In this document: positions 8,291-16,926 of the stretch, piece by piece
Numbering within the stretch: position 1 is the first letter of the stretch
Layout: each line of letters starts with the position of its first letter
From: an uncultured virus (IMG/VR IMGVR_UViG_3300045999_005873)
Lineage: Duplodnaviria > Heunggongvirae > Uroviricota > Caudoviricetes
Reading direction: 5' to 3' (one strand)
Length of the DNA: 64,000 bases
Virus record (IMG/VR): IMGVR_UViG_3300045999_005873
Made by a program: the position numbers and the translations under genes
The notes under the pieces: model-generated
Told to the model about the DNA's origin: nothing
Database searches by the model: none
What the model saw: the letters and a program-made list of their open reading frames with translations, nothing else

Positions 8291-8602
8291 ATGAGTCACG
8301 CAGTAGGCGATTCGGTCTGGTTGGCGACTTCCCATGTTGGATTTGACGGTCTCTCCCGCGGCCATGTCCTGCGGGTCGAGGTTGTCGCCGTCATCGACGG
8401 CACCGTGATGATCCGCTACCCGTCCAGCGGAACGATCCGCTCGGTCGAGGCCACGTCGGAGACGATCTGCGACAGCGAGGCCGAAGCATGGGCCGCCGTG
8501 GCCCGCGAGTTGACCACGGCCCGAGGCCGCGTCCAGGCGGCGATCGACGAGGCCACCGCCAAAGCCGCCGGCTGCCGGGTCGGGGAGGCGGTGCCGGCAT
8601 GA
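8291..8602 (+). CDS. Hypothetical protein
   Basis: AAGGAG RBS. Confidence 0.7.
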   Translation: MSHAVGDSVWLATSHVGFDGLSRGHVLRVEVVAVIDGTVMIRYPSSGTIRSVEATSETICDSEAEAWAAVARELTTARGRVQAAIDEATAKAAGCRVGEAVPA

Positions 8603-8745
8603 ACCCCCGATCGTGGAAATGGGTCATGGATGACCTGATCCGCACGCTCGTGCTCGTCCGACTCGGGCAATTGCTCGGGTCGGAGAGCACGGCGGCGCGG
8701 GCCGTCCACGACCTCGTCGAAGCCGTTTTTTCGATTGTCAGGTAA
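8599..8745 (+). CDS. Small hypothetical protein
   Basis: ATGA overlap with previous gene. Confidence 0.55.
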   Translation: MNPRSWKWVMDDLIRTLVLVRLGQLLGSESTAARAVHDLVEAVFSIVR

Positions 8746-8800
8746 TACGCCTGACGCATAGAATGACACCCCTACCCGAGTGTGGAAACGAGAGGACACG

Positions 8801-9190
8801 ATGAAATACGTTCTGAGCGATGTGGCCGGCGAGCACTTCCGTCTGGCTGACGGCAACTGGACCGAGGAGATCGATAAGGCCGAGAGGTTCTCGTTCGACG
8901 CCGCCCAGGTGCGGATCGAGGAGCTTGCCGCCGAGGGCGTTCACGCCAAGGCAGTCGAGACGCATGGGCGGAAGCGGAAGACCTCCGAGTCGATCGTGAA
9001 TCGAGTAACCAAGGCTCTCGACAAGCTCGAGCGGCAGTGGGTCGGCAAGACGATCGGCATCGGCTACGAGGTCGATGTCGAGGTCGGCCAGATCATCCTG
9101 ACCCTCGAGCCCGACGGCGAGCCCGAGCTTTCCCTGAACATCAGCGTAGACATCTCCGGCGTGTTCGTCGGAGTAGGAGACGAGAACTAA
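8801..9190 (+). CDS. Hypothetical protein
   Basis: GAGGA RBS. Confidence 0.7.
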   Translation: MKYVLSDVAGEHFRLADGNWTEEIDKAERFSFDAAQVRIEELAAEGVHAKAVETHGRKRKTSESIVNRVTKALDKLERQWVGKTIGIGYEVDVEVGQIILTLEPDGEPELSLNISVDISGVFVGVGDEN

Positions 9191-9480
9191 TGAAACCCAT
9201 CGACCCAAGCGACTACCTGACCATCCAACAGGCAATGGACGCTCTCGGCTGCCCCAGGCGGACGCTCGCCAGGGCGATCCTGCGGGCCGAGACGGCCGGC
9301 AAGAAGATCGTCACCGAGATTCTCGGCAAGAGCGTGATCCACAAGTCGAAGATCGCCGTGCTCAAGGAGTTCTACTACCCATACGGCTCGCCGGCCCACC
9401 AGAAGATGGTGAAGAAGTGGGGCTCCGCCGGGGGCACGCAGAAAAGAATCAATCGCGAAGAGGCGGAGCAGGGGCGGTAG
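9190..9480 (+). CDS. HTH DNA-binding protein (excisionase-like)
   Basis: DYLTIQQAMDALGCPRRTLAR; TAATG coupling. Confidence 0.65.
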   Translation: MKPIDPSDYLTIQQAMDALGCPRRTLARAILRAETAGKKIVTEILGKSVIHKSKIAVLKEFYYPYGSPAHQKMVKKWGSAGGTQKRINREEAEQGR

Positions 9481-9499
9481 TTAAAGCCTGCCTTTAACT
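9479..9499. terminator. Palindrome at convergence of + and - transcription units
   Basis: AGTTAAAG-CCTGC-CTTTAACT. Confidence 0.4.
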
Positions 9500-9784
9500 T
9501 GAGTCGCGGGCCGTGCGCTTACTATGGCATGACTTGTGTAAAAGCCGGAGGTTACTGAGGCTATCAGTACCACCTTTAGCCTTCTCGACGATGTGGTCGA
9601 TGTCCCCGCTTTCACCGACCACGAGCATCCCGCACAACTGGCAGATGCCCTGGTCGCGGGCGATGACGGCCAGCCGGGTGCGTCTCCAGGCGGCGGAGCA
9701 GTAGCCGCGGGCCGCCGCCGTCGGGCGGGCCTCCCCCCGTGGGGCGAAACGAGCCGGTCTATACGTCGGGATTCTTTTCGGCAC
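9494..9784 (-). CDS. HNH endonuclease (packaging-associated type)
   Basis: RGY...W..TR, CQLC, DHIV..GG...NL..L...CH. Confidence 0.9.
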   Translation of the reverse strand: MPKRIPTYRPARFAPRGEARPTAAARGYCSAAWRRTRLAVIARDQGICQLCGMLVVGESGDIDHIVEKAKGGTDSLSNLRLLHKSCHSKRTARDSS

Positions 9785-10100
9785 GAGCCTGCTCCTGCCA
9801 CCCGCACATGAGAACCTTATGTGAGTGGTTCTTCTTCCACCACGCGATGATCGCCTTCACGATCAGTTGCGCCAGCACGCTGATGAGGATCGCGGCGATG
9901 ACGCTGCCGTACTTGTCTCGAGCGCGGATGCGGAGGCGGGCGGCGAGCACCTCCTCCATCCGATCGGGCGGCGCGTCGACCGGGAACTCTTCGACTGCCC
10001 ATTCCACAAGCTGATCGCGGAGGGCCGGGTGCGTCGAAAGCCGGATGCCACCGGCTCGCGAGACGTACCGCTTTAGCGTGTCGTACTTGGCGTCGGGCAT
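9759..10100 (-). CDS. Hypothetical protein with C-terminal hydrophobic helix
   Basis: YGSVIAAILISVLAQLIVKAIIAWW. Confidence 0.65.
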   Translation of the reverse strand: MPDAKYDTLKRYVSRAGGIRLSTHPALRDQLVEWAVEEFPVDAPPDRMEEVLAARLRIRARDKYGSVIAAILISVLAQLIVKAIIAWWKKNHSHKVLMCGWQEQARAEKNPDV

Positions 10101-10366
10101 TTGCCGTCCTTGCATGGTGGTGCCAGGGCGGCGGATGTCGTTGCCTTGCCAGTACCCTTACAGACGGGGCACTCGGAACGCACGCGACCGTCAGACAAAT
10201 ACCCGAGGCCGCGGCAGTTGCTACAAACGCCAGACGGAGCCGGAGCCGGCTTGGACTGCGACATCAACGAATACTTGCCGGCGACTGCGACGAATGGTCG
10301 GAGGTCTTCGGCGGCATGCGTGCAGCCGCAGAGCGACAGCAGGAGGACGATCGAGAGCTTAGACAT
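10073..10366 (-). CDS. Putative lipoprotein with CxxCxGxG zinc finger
   Basis: LCGC lipobox-like; CSNCRGLG and CPVCKGTG. Confidence 0.7.
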   Translation of the reverse strand: MSKLSIVLLLSLCGCTHAAEDLRPFVAVAGKYSLMSQSKPAPAPSGVCSNCRGLGYLSDGRVRSECPVCKGTGKATTSAALAPPCKDGKCPTPSTTR

Positions 10367-11357
10367 TGCCTTCGGCTCCGTAGGTCGTGTGCTTGCGGCG
10401 GGGCCAGCCAGCCACGCTCGAGAGAGCAATGCACTGGCATCGGTCGAGCGTGTCGGCGAGAGCCCAGAAGCACCCCTCTGGGATCAAGAGATCGGTGCCG
10501 AGCACCTTGCGAGGGCCGGAGTTCCACCTCGCCCAGGAGTTGACCCACAGCACGAGCGCCTGCCCGTACTTCCTGTGCGTCTCGGGGCGATCGTCATAGC
10601 CGGCCAGCCCTTGGCTGTGGTGCCAAATGCCAACCTGACGACTCACGCCATCTTCGTTTCTCGTTCGCTCAAATCCGAGCGCGGAGCAGTTAAAAACGCC
10701 GAACCCCGCCGCGAGGAAATCGCGGACCTGCTCTCTGCCCTTGAGGAACGTCGCCGTCCTCGCGACGTACTGCCTGCTCTCTCGCAGCCAGCTCTCGCCG
10801 GGGGGCGTCGCGCCGCCGAGACGAATCGTCTTCTCTGTGTAGTGCGTCAGATCAATCTTCAGATCGGGGTATGGCTTGCGAATGAGGAAGCCCTTCTCGC
10901 AGGCAACCTTCGCTGCCTCAGAACACACCCAGCCGTCCGAATTGAATCCACGCCACGCGAAAAGCGATTCACTCGCGATGACTGATTCGCGAATGCCGGC
11001 CGCTGGAAGTTCAGGAGCGCCCTCGAGCCTGCCGGTCACTTCGTCAGGCTTGTTGTCGTAGATTTCTGCGCTCAAGCTGCCAAGCAAGGCACGCGAGCAG
11101 CCCCAGCCGACACAATCTCCAAAAATTTGGCTCGGCCCCGGCAGCGAGCCTGGAAACACGGCCTCGATGGTTCGCCAGAGCGTCGACAGCCTGCCTGCCC
11201 CGGCCTGCTCAAGACCCCAGTCATAGGCGACGTTCGCACCGTTCGGATCGCCACCGTATCGCAGGACATAGTCGGCGAACACCTCGTCGGCCCGCGGGTC
11301 TTTGCGGCAGCCGATGAACCCCTTCGCGTATTTCTCGACGGGGTCGAAGTCACTCAT
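10359..11357 (-). CDS. Papain-like (C1) cysteine peptidase
   Basis: Q..GDCVGW, WHHSQ..GYDD, NSW..W. Confidence 0.75.
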   Translation of the reverse strand: MSDFDPVEKYAKGFIGCRKDPRADEVFADYVLRYGGDPNGANVAYDWGLEQAGAGRLSTLWRTIEAVFPGSLPGPSQIFGDCVGWGCSRALLGSLSAEIYDNKPDEVTGRLEGAPELPAAGIRESVIASESLFAWRGFNSDGWVCSEAAKVACEKGFLIRKPYPDLKIDLTHYTEKTIRLGGATPPGESWLRESRQYVARTATFLKGREQVRDFLAAGFGVFNCSALGFERTRNEDGVSRQVGIWHHSQGLAGYDDRPETHRKYGQALVLWVNSWARWNSGPRKVLGTDLLIPEGCFWALADTLDRCQCIALSSVAGWPRRKHTTYGAEGNV

Positions 11358-11835
11358 TGCCGTTCACCTTGAAACACCACTTGAGCACCCCGCAGGCGTC
11401 CATGAGCTGCTGCCGTTTCACGGCATCGACCATTGCTGTGTCGGCCCCCGCCGCAGAGAAGAAAACGGCGTCGATGGCCTTGTCGAGGCCGGGGTACTTG
11501 CCGACGTTCTTCTTCTGGATCGCAAGGTTCAGACTGCCAGCGTGGAACACCGTGAACTTTTCGGTGTCGCCGATGATCGGAGTCGACCGCTCGCCGTCCT
11601 GCTTTAGAACATACTCCATCGCGTCGTAGAAATTGGCGAGGTACTCCCGGTCGGCCGGCAGCATCCTGGGCAGGATCGACTTCAAGTCGCCGGCCCACTT
11701 GATCTGCTCGGCGGCAGGCTTCTCGGCGACGACGGTCGTCTGCGGGGGCAGCGGCCACTTCACGTCCAGCGAGCCGCCCTTCCAGGCGAATGCGAGCAGC
11801 GCGCCTGCCACGATGTACCTCGCTGGGGTGTTCAC
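11350..11835 (-). CDS. Hypothetical membrane-anchored protein
   Basis: N-terminal hydrophobic segment. Confidence 0.7.
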   Translation of the reverse strand: MNTPARYIVAGALLAFAWKGGSLDVKWPLPPQTTVVAEKPAAEQIKWAGDLKSILPRMLPADREYLANFYDAMEYVLKQDGERSTPIIGDTEKFTVFHAGSLNLAIQKKNVGKYPGLDKAIDAVFFSAAGADTAMVDAVKRQQLMDACGVLKWCFKVNGNE

Positions 11836-12107
11836 TTATCGCTCCCGGCCACCAGGGCCAGCGTCAGGGTGTCGATGGCTGCCCTCTGGGGGCTCTTCTC
11901 GTCGCCCAGGAGGCCCGTTGCGTTCAGGCGGGCTCGCACTCGGGCGAGGTTGTGGATGGCGTCCTCGTAGCCCACTGGGGCCACGCTGGGGGAGGGCAGG
12001 GGTGTCGTGGGCAGCTTGCCCAGTACGAACTTGCCGACGGCGGCGATCCTCGGCCACGCCACCACTGCCGCCGCGAGAATCCCGGCCCCAATCTGCTCGT
12101 AGGTCAT
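11832..12107 (-). CDS. Hypothetical membrane protein
   Basis: N-terminal TM segment; coupled to neighbours. Confidence 0.65.
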   Translation of the reverse strand: MTYEQIGAGILAAAVVAWPRIAAVGKFVLGKLPTTPLPSPSVAPVGYEDAIHNLARVRARLNATGLLGDEKSPQRAAIDTLTLALVAGSDK

Positions 12108-12397
12108 GTGATCTCCTGTGCGACGAGAGCGAACCATTCGACGAGTGCCTGACCCTCGGGCGTCTTCAAAACCGCCTCGATCCGGTCAAGCACGTTGTTG
12201 TCCTTGTCTGTGGGCGTCTTGTCGGCCGCCAGCCGGAGGGCGGCGACCAGAGCCAGAGCCTTCTCCGCGGGCGTCTTCGCCAGGGCGACGGCCTCGAGCT
12301 TCGCCAAAAGCGGTGCCCACGCCGCCAGCAGGCGGACCTTGTCGATGATCGACAAGCTGCCGTACATCTGCCCGAACTGCTCGTCACTTACGTCCAT
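12104..12397 (-). CDS. Hypothetical protein (TPT..D..L motif)
   Basis: ORF with RBS, coupled to neighbours. Confidence 0.65.
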   Translation of the reverse strand: MDVSDEQFGQMYGSLSIIDKVRLLAAWAPLLAKLEAVALAKTPAEKALALVAALRLAADKTPTDKDNNVLDRIEAVLKTPEGQALVEWFALVAQEIT

Positions 12398-12569
12398 TGC
12401 GATTTCTCTCCAGAAACGCCTGATATTCCCGGCTGGCCGTGCGGCCCTCGCTGGTCAGTTTCCCCCGCACATACGGCTGGTCGCGGACAAGTGCCATCAG
12501 CGGCGTCGAGTCGTCGCCGCGGCGACTCTCGAACTCGCGATGGTCGATGTCGGCGTCGTCAATCACCAT
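12384..12569 (-). CDS. Small hypothetical protein
   Basis: Fills gap between neighbours. Confidence 0.5.
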   Translation of the reverse strand: MVIDDADIDHREFESRRGDDSTPLMALVRDQPYVRGKLTSEGRTASREYQAFLERNRNGRK

Positions 12570-12750
12570 GCACCATGAAATTCATGCCGTCATATGCGTC
12601 GTCGAACACGGCCCTGGCGAACTCCGCGGCCTCGCTTTTTCCGATCGTTCTCCCGAACGACCAGACCTCGTCCTCGACGATGTCGTCGCCTTTGCGAATC
12701 GTCAGCCTCGCCTCCTTTGGAGCGATCACCAATTCGACTTTCGCCAGCAT
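12559..12750 (-). CDS. Small hypothetical protein
   Basis: Protein-like composition. Confidence 0.55.
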   Translation of the reverse strand: MLAKVELVIAPKEARLTIRKGDDIVEDEVWSFGRTIGKSEAAEFARAVFDDAYDGMNFMVHGD

Positions 12751-13021
12751 TGTCTGCTCCAGTAGGCACATTCATTCTACCAAGTCGGGCCTCCCTCTCG
12801 GCGGGACTCCACGATGCCCGAATCTTGGCGCATTCCAGGCGTATCTGCGCCGGGGTCGGCAGGTAGAAATCGGGCTCAGGGCGATCGGGTAGTCCCAGGA
12901 TGCCGGCGGCCACCGTCAGCTCGTCGACCGTGAACTCCAGTTCGACGCAGATTTCCTCTGTCGTACTGTCGCCCTTCCAGAGCCGTCGCAAAGCCCGCTT
13001 CTGGTTGGCGGAGAGGATCAT
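12590..13021 (-). CDS. GcrA-like HTH protein (copy 1; C-terminal tail doubtful)
   Basis: LRRLWK...EICVEL..T; PTP.QI...A.IRA.WSP.ER, shared with 15446-15784. Confidence 0.55.
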   Translation of the reverse strand: MILSANQKRALRRLWKGDSTTEEICVELEFTVDELTVAAGILGLPDRPEPDFYLPTPAQIRLECAKIRASWSPAEREARLGRMNVPTGADNAGESRIGDRSKGGEADDSQRRRHRRGRGLVVRENDRKKRGRGVRQGRVRRRI

Positions 13022-13884
13022 GGCAATATCGCGACGTACCTCGAGCCTGGGTTCAAGAAAAGCTGGTAGCCGGCCTTCTGCATCGAGCGGTGCAGGAAGA
13101 CGTGCTCGCAGTCGCCGCCCTCGTAGGTGCCGGCCAGGAACGCCTCGCGGCGGTAGAGGCACAGGCCGCCGAACGCCGAGTTCATCGCGATCGGCGGCGA
13201 CCCGACGGGCGGCATGAGCAGGTGGAACCACGCATGGTCGCGGCGGTCCTCGAACCAGTTGAGCCTCGCCGCCCAGGCGTCATACTGTGCCGCCCCGTAG
13301 ACCCCCGGCGACTCCTCCCGCAGGAACAGCGAGTAGCTCGCCATCGCCCCCGGTTTCCGGCGATGGAGCGACTCGCCCATCATTTCGCAGAACCAGCCGA
13401 GGCTGTTGAGTACCCCATCGATGCTGAATCCGCCGTGCGGGTCGGTGTCGAGCACCATGACATACCCGGCATCGGCCGCGTGACGCCGCACCCACTCCTG
13501 GCAGCGGGAGCGGCACTTCGCCAGCCGCACCGTCCGCTCAGGCTCAAACCCGCGGGCGTCCTCGCCCCCCAGGGTGTCGTGCTCGACCGTGACCCACTGG
13601 CGGATCGCGAAATCGTCGAGCACGGCGGCCGTCTCGTCGGTCGAGTCATTCTCGTAAACGAAATAAACGCAATCCCGCCACAGCCCAGTCAGCTCGTCCA
13701 CGAGCCGCAGCGTGTTCTTCAGGTGCGGCATCGAGTTCCTGGCGATGCTGACGATCGCCAGCTTCTGCCGGCGGGCCTCGACGCGGCCGTATTCGACGTG
13801 TTCCTTGTAGGACTCGACATAGTCGACATCCCAGAAATCCTCTGGCCGTCGAATCGTCATGCCGGAGCGGTAGCGGAGTTTCAT
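13018..13884 (-). CDS. Glycosyltransferase (GT-A, CAP59/GT69-like)
   Basis: ARN, YENDSTD.T, R..RLA.CR, YD.WA.R, SAFGGL.LY, CEHV..H. Confidence 0.8.
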   Translation of the reverse strand: MKLRYRSGMTIRRPEDFWDVDYVESYKEHVEYGRVEARRQKLAIVSIARNSMPHLKNTLRLVDELTGLWRDCVYFVYENDSTDETAAVLDDFAIRQWVTVEHDTLGGEDARGFEPERTVRLAKCRSRCQEWVRRHAADAGYVMVLDTDPHGGFSIDGVLNSLGWFCEMMGESLHRRKPGAMASYSLFLREESPGVYGAAQYDAWAARLNWFEDRRDHAWFHLLMPPVGSPPIAMNSAFGGLCLYRREAFLAGTYEGGDCEHVFLHRSMQKAGYQLFLNPGSRYVAILP

Positions 13885-14495
13885 CGAAGCGCCTCGATCA
13901 TGGCGGCCTTACGGTCGGGGAAGCAGGTGGCGTGGAAGAAGCGGCAGGCCGCTACCCCCCTGGCATCCATGACGTGCGGGTTCCACTCATACGGCAGTTG
14001 CGCCCAGGCTCGGCCCGCGGGCACCTCGACGGGCGTGGCATCGGGGTCGCCGCCGAGGGCTGCGATCAGGGCCGCCTGCTCCCACCAGCACGACGAGCGG
14101 CGGAATCCATCAAGCGGCCAGAGACTCTTGAGCATCTCTTCGGCTTCTTTTCGCACGAGCCATACGCCGGTACTCGGCACGGCTCCGTCTGAAGTTTGTT
14201 GCACAACCATGCCCATCGGAGCATCGGCCGGCAGGTCATCAAGGATGTCTCGGTCGTTCCTGACGACGACGACATCGGCGTCCAACCAGAGCACCGTGTC
14301 ATACCCACCTTTTAGGAGGGACAGCATGAGAGGTATCCTCCCCCACGCCAGCGGCCTGTTCATTCCCGAGAACTGCGCCCCCGACGGGACGAATAGGTCA
14401 TAGCCGTGAGTCTGGGCGTACCATGCGAACGTCGGCAGCGCGACATCAAGCAGTTCGGCCATCGCCCCCATCGCAAATGTAGTGAGAACCTTCAT
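13881..14495 (-). CDS. Glycosyltransferase (GT34 Mnn10/Gma12-like)
   Basis: HGYD, WLDAD, GVWLVR, WEQAAL. Confidence 0.8.
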   Translation of the reverse strand: MKVLTTFAMGAMAELLDVALPTFAWYAQTHGYDLFVPSGAQFSGMNRPLAWGRIPLMLSLLKGGYDTVLWLDADVVVVRNDRDILDDLPADAPMGMVVQQTSDGAVPSTGVWLVRKEAEEMLKSLWPLDGFRRSSCWWEQAALIAALGGDPDATPVEVPAGRAWAQLPYEWNPHVMDARGVAACRFFHATCFPDRKAAMIEALR

Positions 14496-15124
14496 CGGGA
14501 AACTCCCGACTCAAGGACGGAGCGAATCAGCTCAAGCCGCTGCTCATGTGGAAATACGCCGCAGGGGTGAAACACAAAGTCGCCGTGCTCCCAGTGGCTG
14601 CCGGGGTCGCCGGGTGAGCCGCCTGGGAGATTCCACGCACAGGAGTTGAACGAACGCAGCGGGGCGACGGTCATCACGCCGGCAAGTGCCTCGGCGTGAA
14701 AGCCAAGCCATGTCTGCCAGACGCACGGGGCCGAAGCCCACTCCGCCACCGACTCGTCGATGCGGTCAAGCAGATATCGAGACCTTGCCCCGGCCCGCCA
14801 GACCATGCTGCCGCAGTTGAGCCGATTCCACCCGACAATCCCTTCCTCGCAGACAGTGACACCCGGCCCCAGGCACGGCAGGGCATGCACCGGCCTCGTC
14901 ATGTCGGTGATCACGGCATCGCAGTCAAGCGTCCAGACGAGGTCGTAGACTTCGAGCAGCGGCACGAGGACGCGGCGGACATCGCGGACGGCCTCGCTGT
15001 ACGGGCGGTTGTCGACAACGAGTGAGTAGTCGTGCCGAATGCAATACTCGAACTTGTTCGGCACCGTAACGGACGCCAACCCGGCGATGTTCGCCGACAC
15101 GCTCGTCACCAGGGCAACCTTCAC
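14492..15124 (-). CDS. Glycosyltransferase (GT34-like)
   Basis: YC.RHDY, WTLDCDAVITD, LNCG, FNS, GDFVFH. Confidence 0.75.
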   Translation of the reverse strand: MKVALVTSVSANIAGLASVTVPNKFEYCIRHDYSLVVDNRPYSEAVRDVRRVLVPLLEVYDLVWTLDCDAVITDMTRPVHALPCLGPGVTVCEEGIVGWNRLNCGSMVWRAGARSRYLLDRIDESVAEWASAPCVWQTWLGFHAEALAGVMTVAPLRSFNSCAWNLPGGSPGDPGSHWEHGDFVFHPCGVFPHEQRLELIRSVLESGVSR

Positions 15125-15414
15125 GAGACGTTCTCCAGAAAATGCCGTGCGTCGGCCGCCGAAGTCACGACGGCAACCGGGCATCCTGCCGATGCGAGTT
15201 CTCGCATCCGGTGATTCTGGATTTTCGTCGGCTCCTCGCCTGGGCGTTTGCACTCAAGCCAAAACGCCCTGCCGTCCTTGATCATCAGCACGTCGGGCAC
15301 GCCCGACATGGTGTAGGCGTTCCCGTGGAACTTCGTGACCCAGAAGCCCAAGGCTCGTCCTTGAGCCATGACGTTTGCAACAATGGTCTTCTCCAGAGGA
15401 GCTTTCCGTTGCAT
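15121..15414 (-). CDS. VRR-NUC domain nuclease
   Basis: GVPD...WLECKRPG..PT..Q. Confidence 0.9.
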   Translation of the reverse strand: MQRKAPLEKTIVANVMAQGRALGFWVTKFHGNAYTMSGVPDVLMIKDGRAFWLECKRPGEEPTKIQNHRMRELASAGCPVAVVTSAADARHFLENVS

Positions 15415-15445
15415 CCCTTGATTGTGGGTATTAGTAGTCTATTCG

Positions 15446-15784
15446 TCAAGACGAAAAAGAATACGTCTCGCGGTCGAAGTTAAAGTTACTGATCTCGACC
15501 CGCTTCGGGCGGTAGCACTTCGCCAGCCTGTTACGCCGCTCTTCTGGCGTCCACGTTGCGCGGATGGCGGCGGTACGCTCGGCGATCTCGGCCTCGGTGG
15601 GGTCGGGGGTCTCGGTGTTCCTGGCTGCGCTAAACTGCGGCGGCCGGCGGCCCAGGGCGTGCTTGCGGACGAGGTTGTATAGGTGGCCGCGAGTCACGCC
15701 GAGTTCCAGGCATATCTGGTCGCTCTTCATCTCGCTTTTCCATAGCTGCGTGAGGTGCTTGAGGTCGACTGGGGGGCAGTGCAT
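15446..15784 (-). CDS. GcrA-like HTH protein (copy 2)
   Basis: LTQLWK...QICLELGVTR; DPT..EI.ER...IRA.WT. Confidence 0.6.
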   Translation of the reverse strand: MHCPPVDLKHLTQLWKSEMKSDQICLELGVTRGHLYNLVRKHALGRRPPQFSAARNTETPDPTEAEIAERTAAIRATWTPEERRNRLAKCYRPKRVEISNFNFDRETYSFSS

Positions 15785-15821
15785 GAGGATTCCTCCTTGA
15801 AGTGATGAAACGAAGCAGAAC

Positions 15822-16142
15822 TTACGGTCGAACAAGATTGGGGCCGGAGTCGGTGTTGCGGTAGATGTAGCCGGCCGTTTCGATGGCGGCACCCAGGCCA
15901 TCGACGAGATCGCGTAGTCGCGCAATCTCGTCGCGACCCGCCGCCGTGCAGGCACGCTGCACCTCGATTTCTCGGATCAGCTTCAGGACGAGGCACGTCG
16001 AATGCCACTTGTGGCAGATTCCCGAGTGAGTTTGCATCCGCTCGCCGCCGATGTCCGCGAGCCACTGCCGTGCGTCGGCGACGATGTCGCTGGCAGCGAC
16101 AGATTCCGGCGATGTGTTGTCGTTTGAGGGTTTTTGAGTCAT
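15822..16142 (-). CDS. Hypothetical protein
   Basis: Coupled ORF; TH...CH.WH..C motif. Confidence 0.65.
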   Translation of the reverse strand: MTQKPSNDNTSPESVAASDIVADARQWLADIGGERMQTHSGICHKWHSTCLVLKLIREIEVQRACTAAGRDEIARLRDLVDGLGAAIETAGYIYRNTDSGPNLVRP

Positions 16143-16549
16143 TTCGGCCGCTCCAGTAGCGAGTGGAGCGTGGCGTTTGTTTCTTGCGCCTTTTCGGTGG
16201 AGATGCAGTCGCTCTCCAAGTTTTGCCTTATGGATTCCTCAATCGCCTCCCGCTCCTCATCGGTGAGCGTGGGCGAGCGGAGCCGCATAATCTCATCCGC
16301 CATCGCAGTCGCATACTTCACGCCGCACCCCGCCTCGTCATCGGGCCATGTGGGCTTGAGTCCAGTGCGTTCCCATGCGGCTTCGATGGCGATCTCGTCT
16401 GCGTGCCACAACGCCGGGAACGCATAGAGCGGCACGACCATCCAGCCCCACTCTCTGGCGGCGGCGTCTGCCTGCTCCTTCAGCAAGTAGACCGCAGAGC
16501 TTTCGCTGCCATCAGCAGCAACGGCAGCGTAGGCGACGGGTTTGCTCAT
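16139..16549 (-). CDS. Hypothetical mosaic protein
   Basis: PVAY N-terminus, TLTDEEREAI C-terminal module. Confidence 0.7.
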   Translation of the reverse strand: MSKPVAYAAVAADGSESSAVYLLKEQADAAAREWGWMVVPLYAFPALWHADEIAIEAAWERTGLKPTWPDDEAGCGVKYATAMADEIMRLRSPTLTDEEREAIEESIRQNLESDCISTEKAQETNATLHSLLERPK

Positions 16550-16926
16550 CTCTTCACCTCTGGTGGTTTTGAGTAGGAGTCAGTCTCGCCGCGAAACAGC
16601 CACACGCAGTGGGGAGTGTTTTCGCCTTCCCTACTCCAATCGGAGAGTTCGTACCAATACACTCGCCCATTTGTGTCTACGAATGGCTTCATCTTCTCCG
16701 TAGATGCGTCCATTCGCATTCCTGCCATCGGCCCATTCACCATCGTCAGCAAGTGCGTAGACCTGTATGCAGCGTAAATGCACGGCATACAAATCAAGCA
16801 ATCCTCGGACGCCATCGTTCCACCTCCGAAGTGGACGAACGGCCCAGTGTTGGTTCCGCATTCATCGCATGACCCAGCGTGTTGAAGTCTCATAATTCCT
16901 CCTACCACATGACCTTTCTGATCCAC
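16546..16926 (-). CDS. Hypothetical protein (start uncertain)
   Basis: CDEC and C..C pairs. Confidence 0.55.
   Translation of the reverse strand: MDQKGHVVGGIMRLQHAGSCDECGTNTGPFVHFGGGTMASEDCLICMPCIYAAYRSTHLLTMVNGPMAGMRMDASTEKMKPFVDTNGRVYWYELSDWSREGENTPHCVWLFRGETDSYSKPPEVKR

Noticed and set aside
2360..9190. Integron with attC cassettes
   Set aside because: Leaders lack RYYYAAC/GTTRRRY ends; the integrase is 25 kb away and shows no IntI-specific features that I could recognise
12590..12760. Arg-rich C-terminal extension of the GcrA-like ORF as a real domain
   Set aside because: Low complexity, overlaps the 12559-12750 gene, and absent from the paralog
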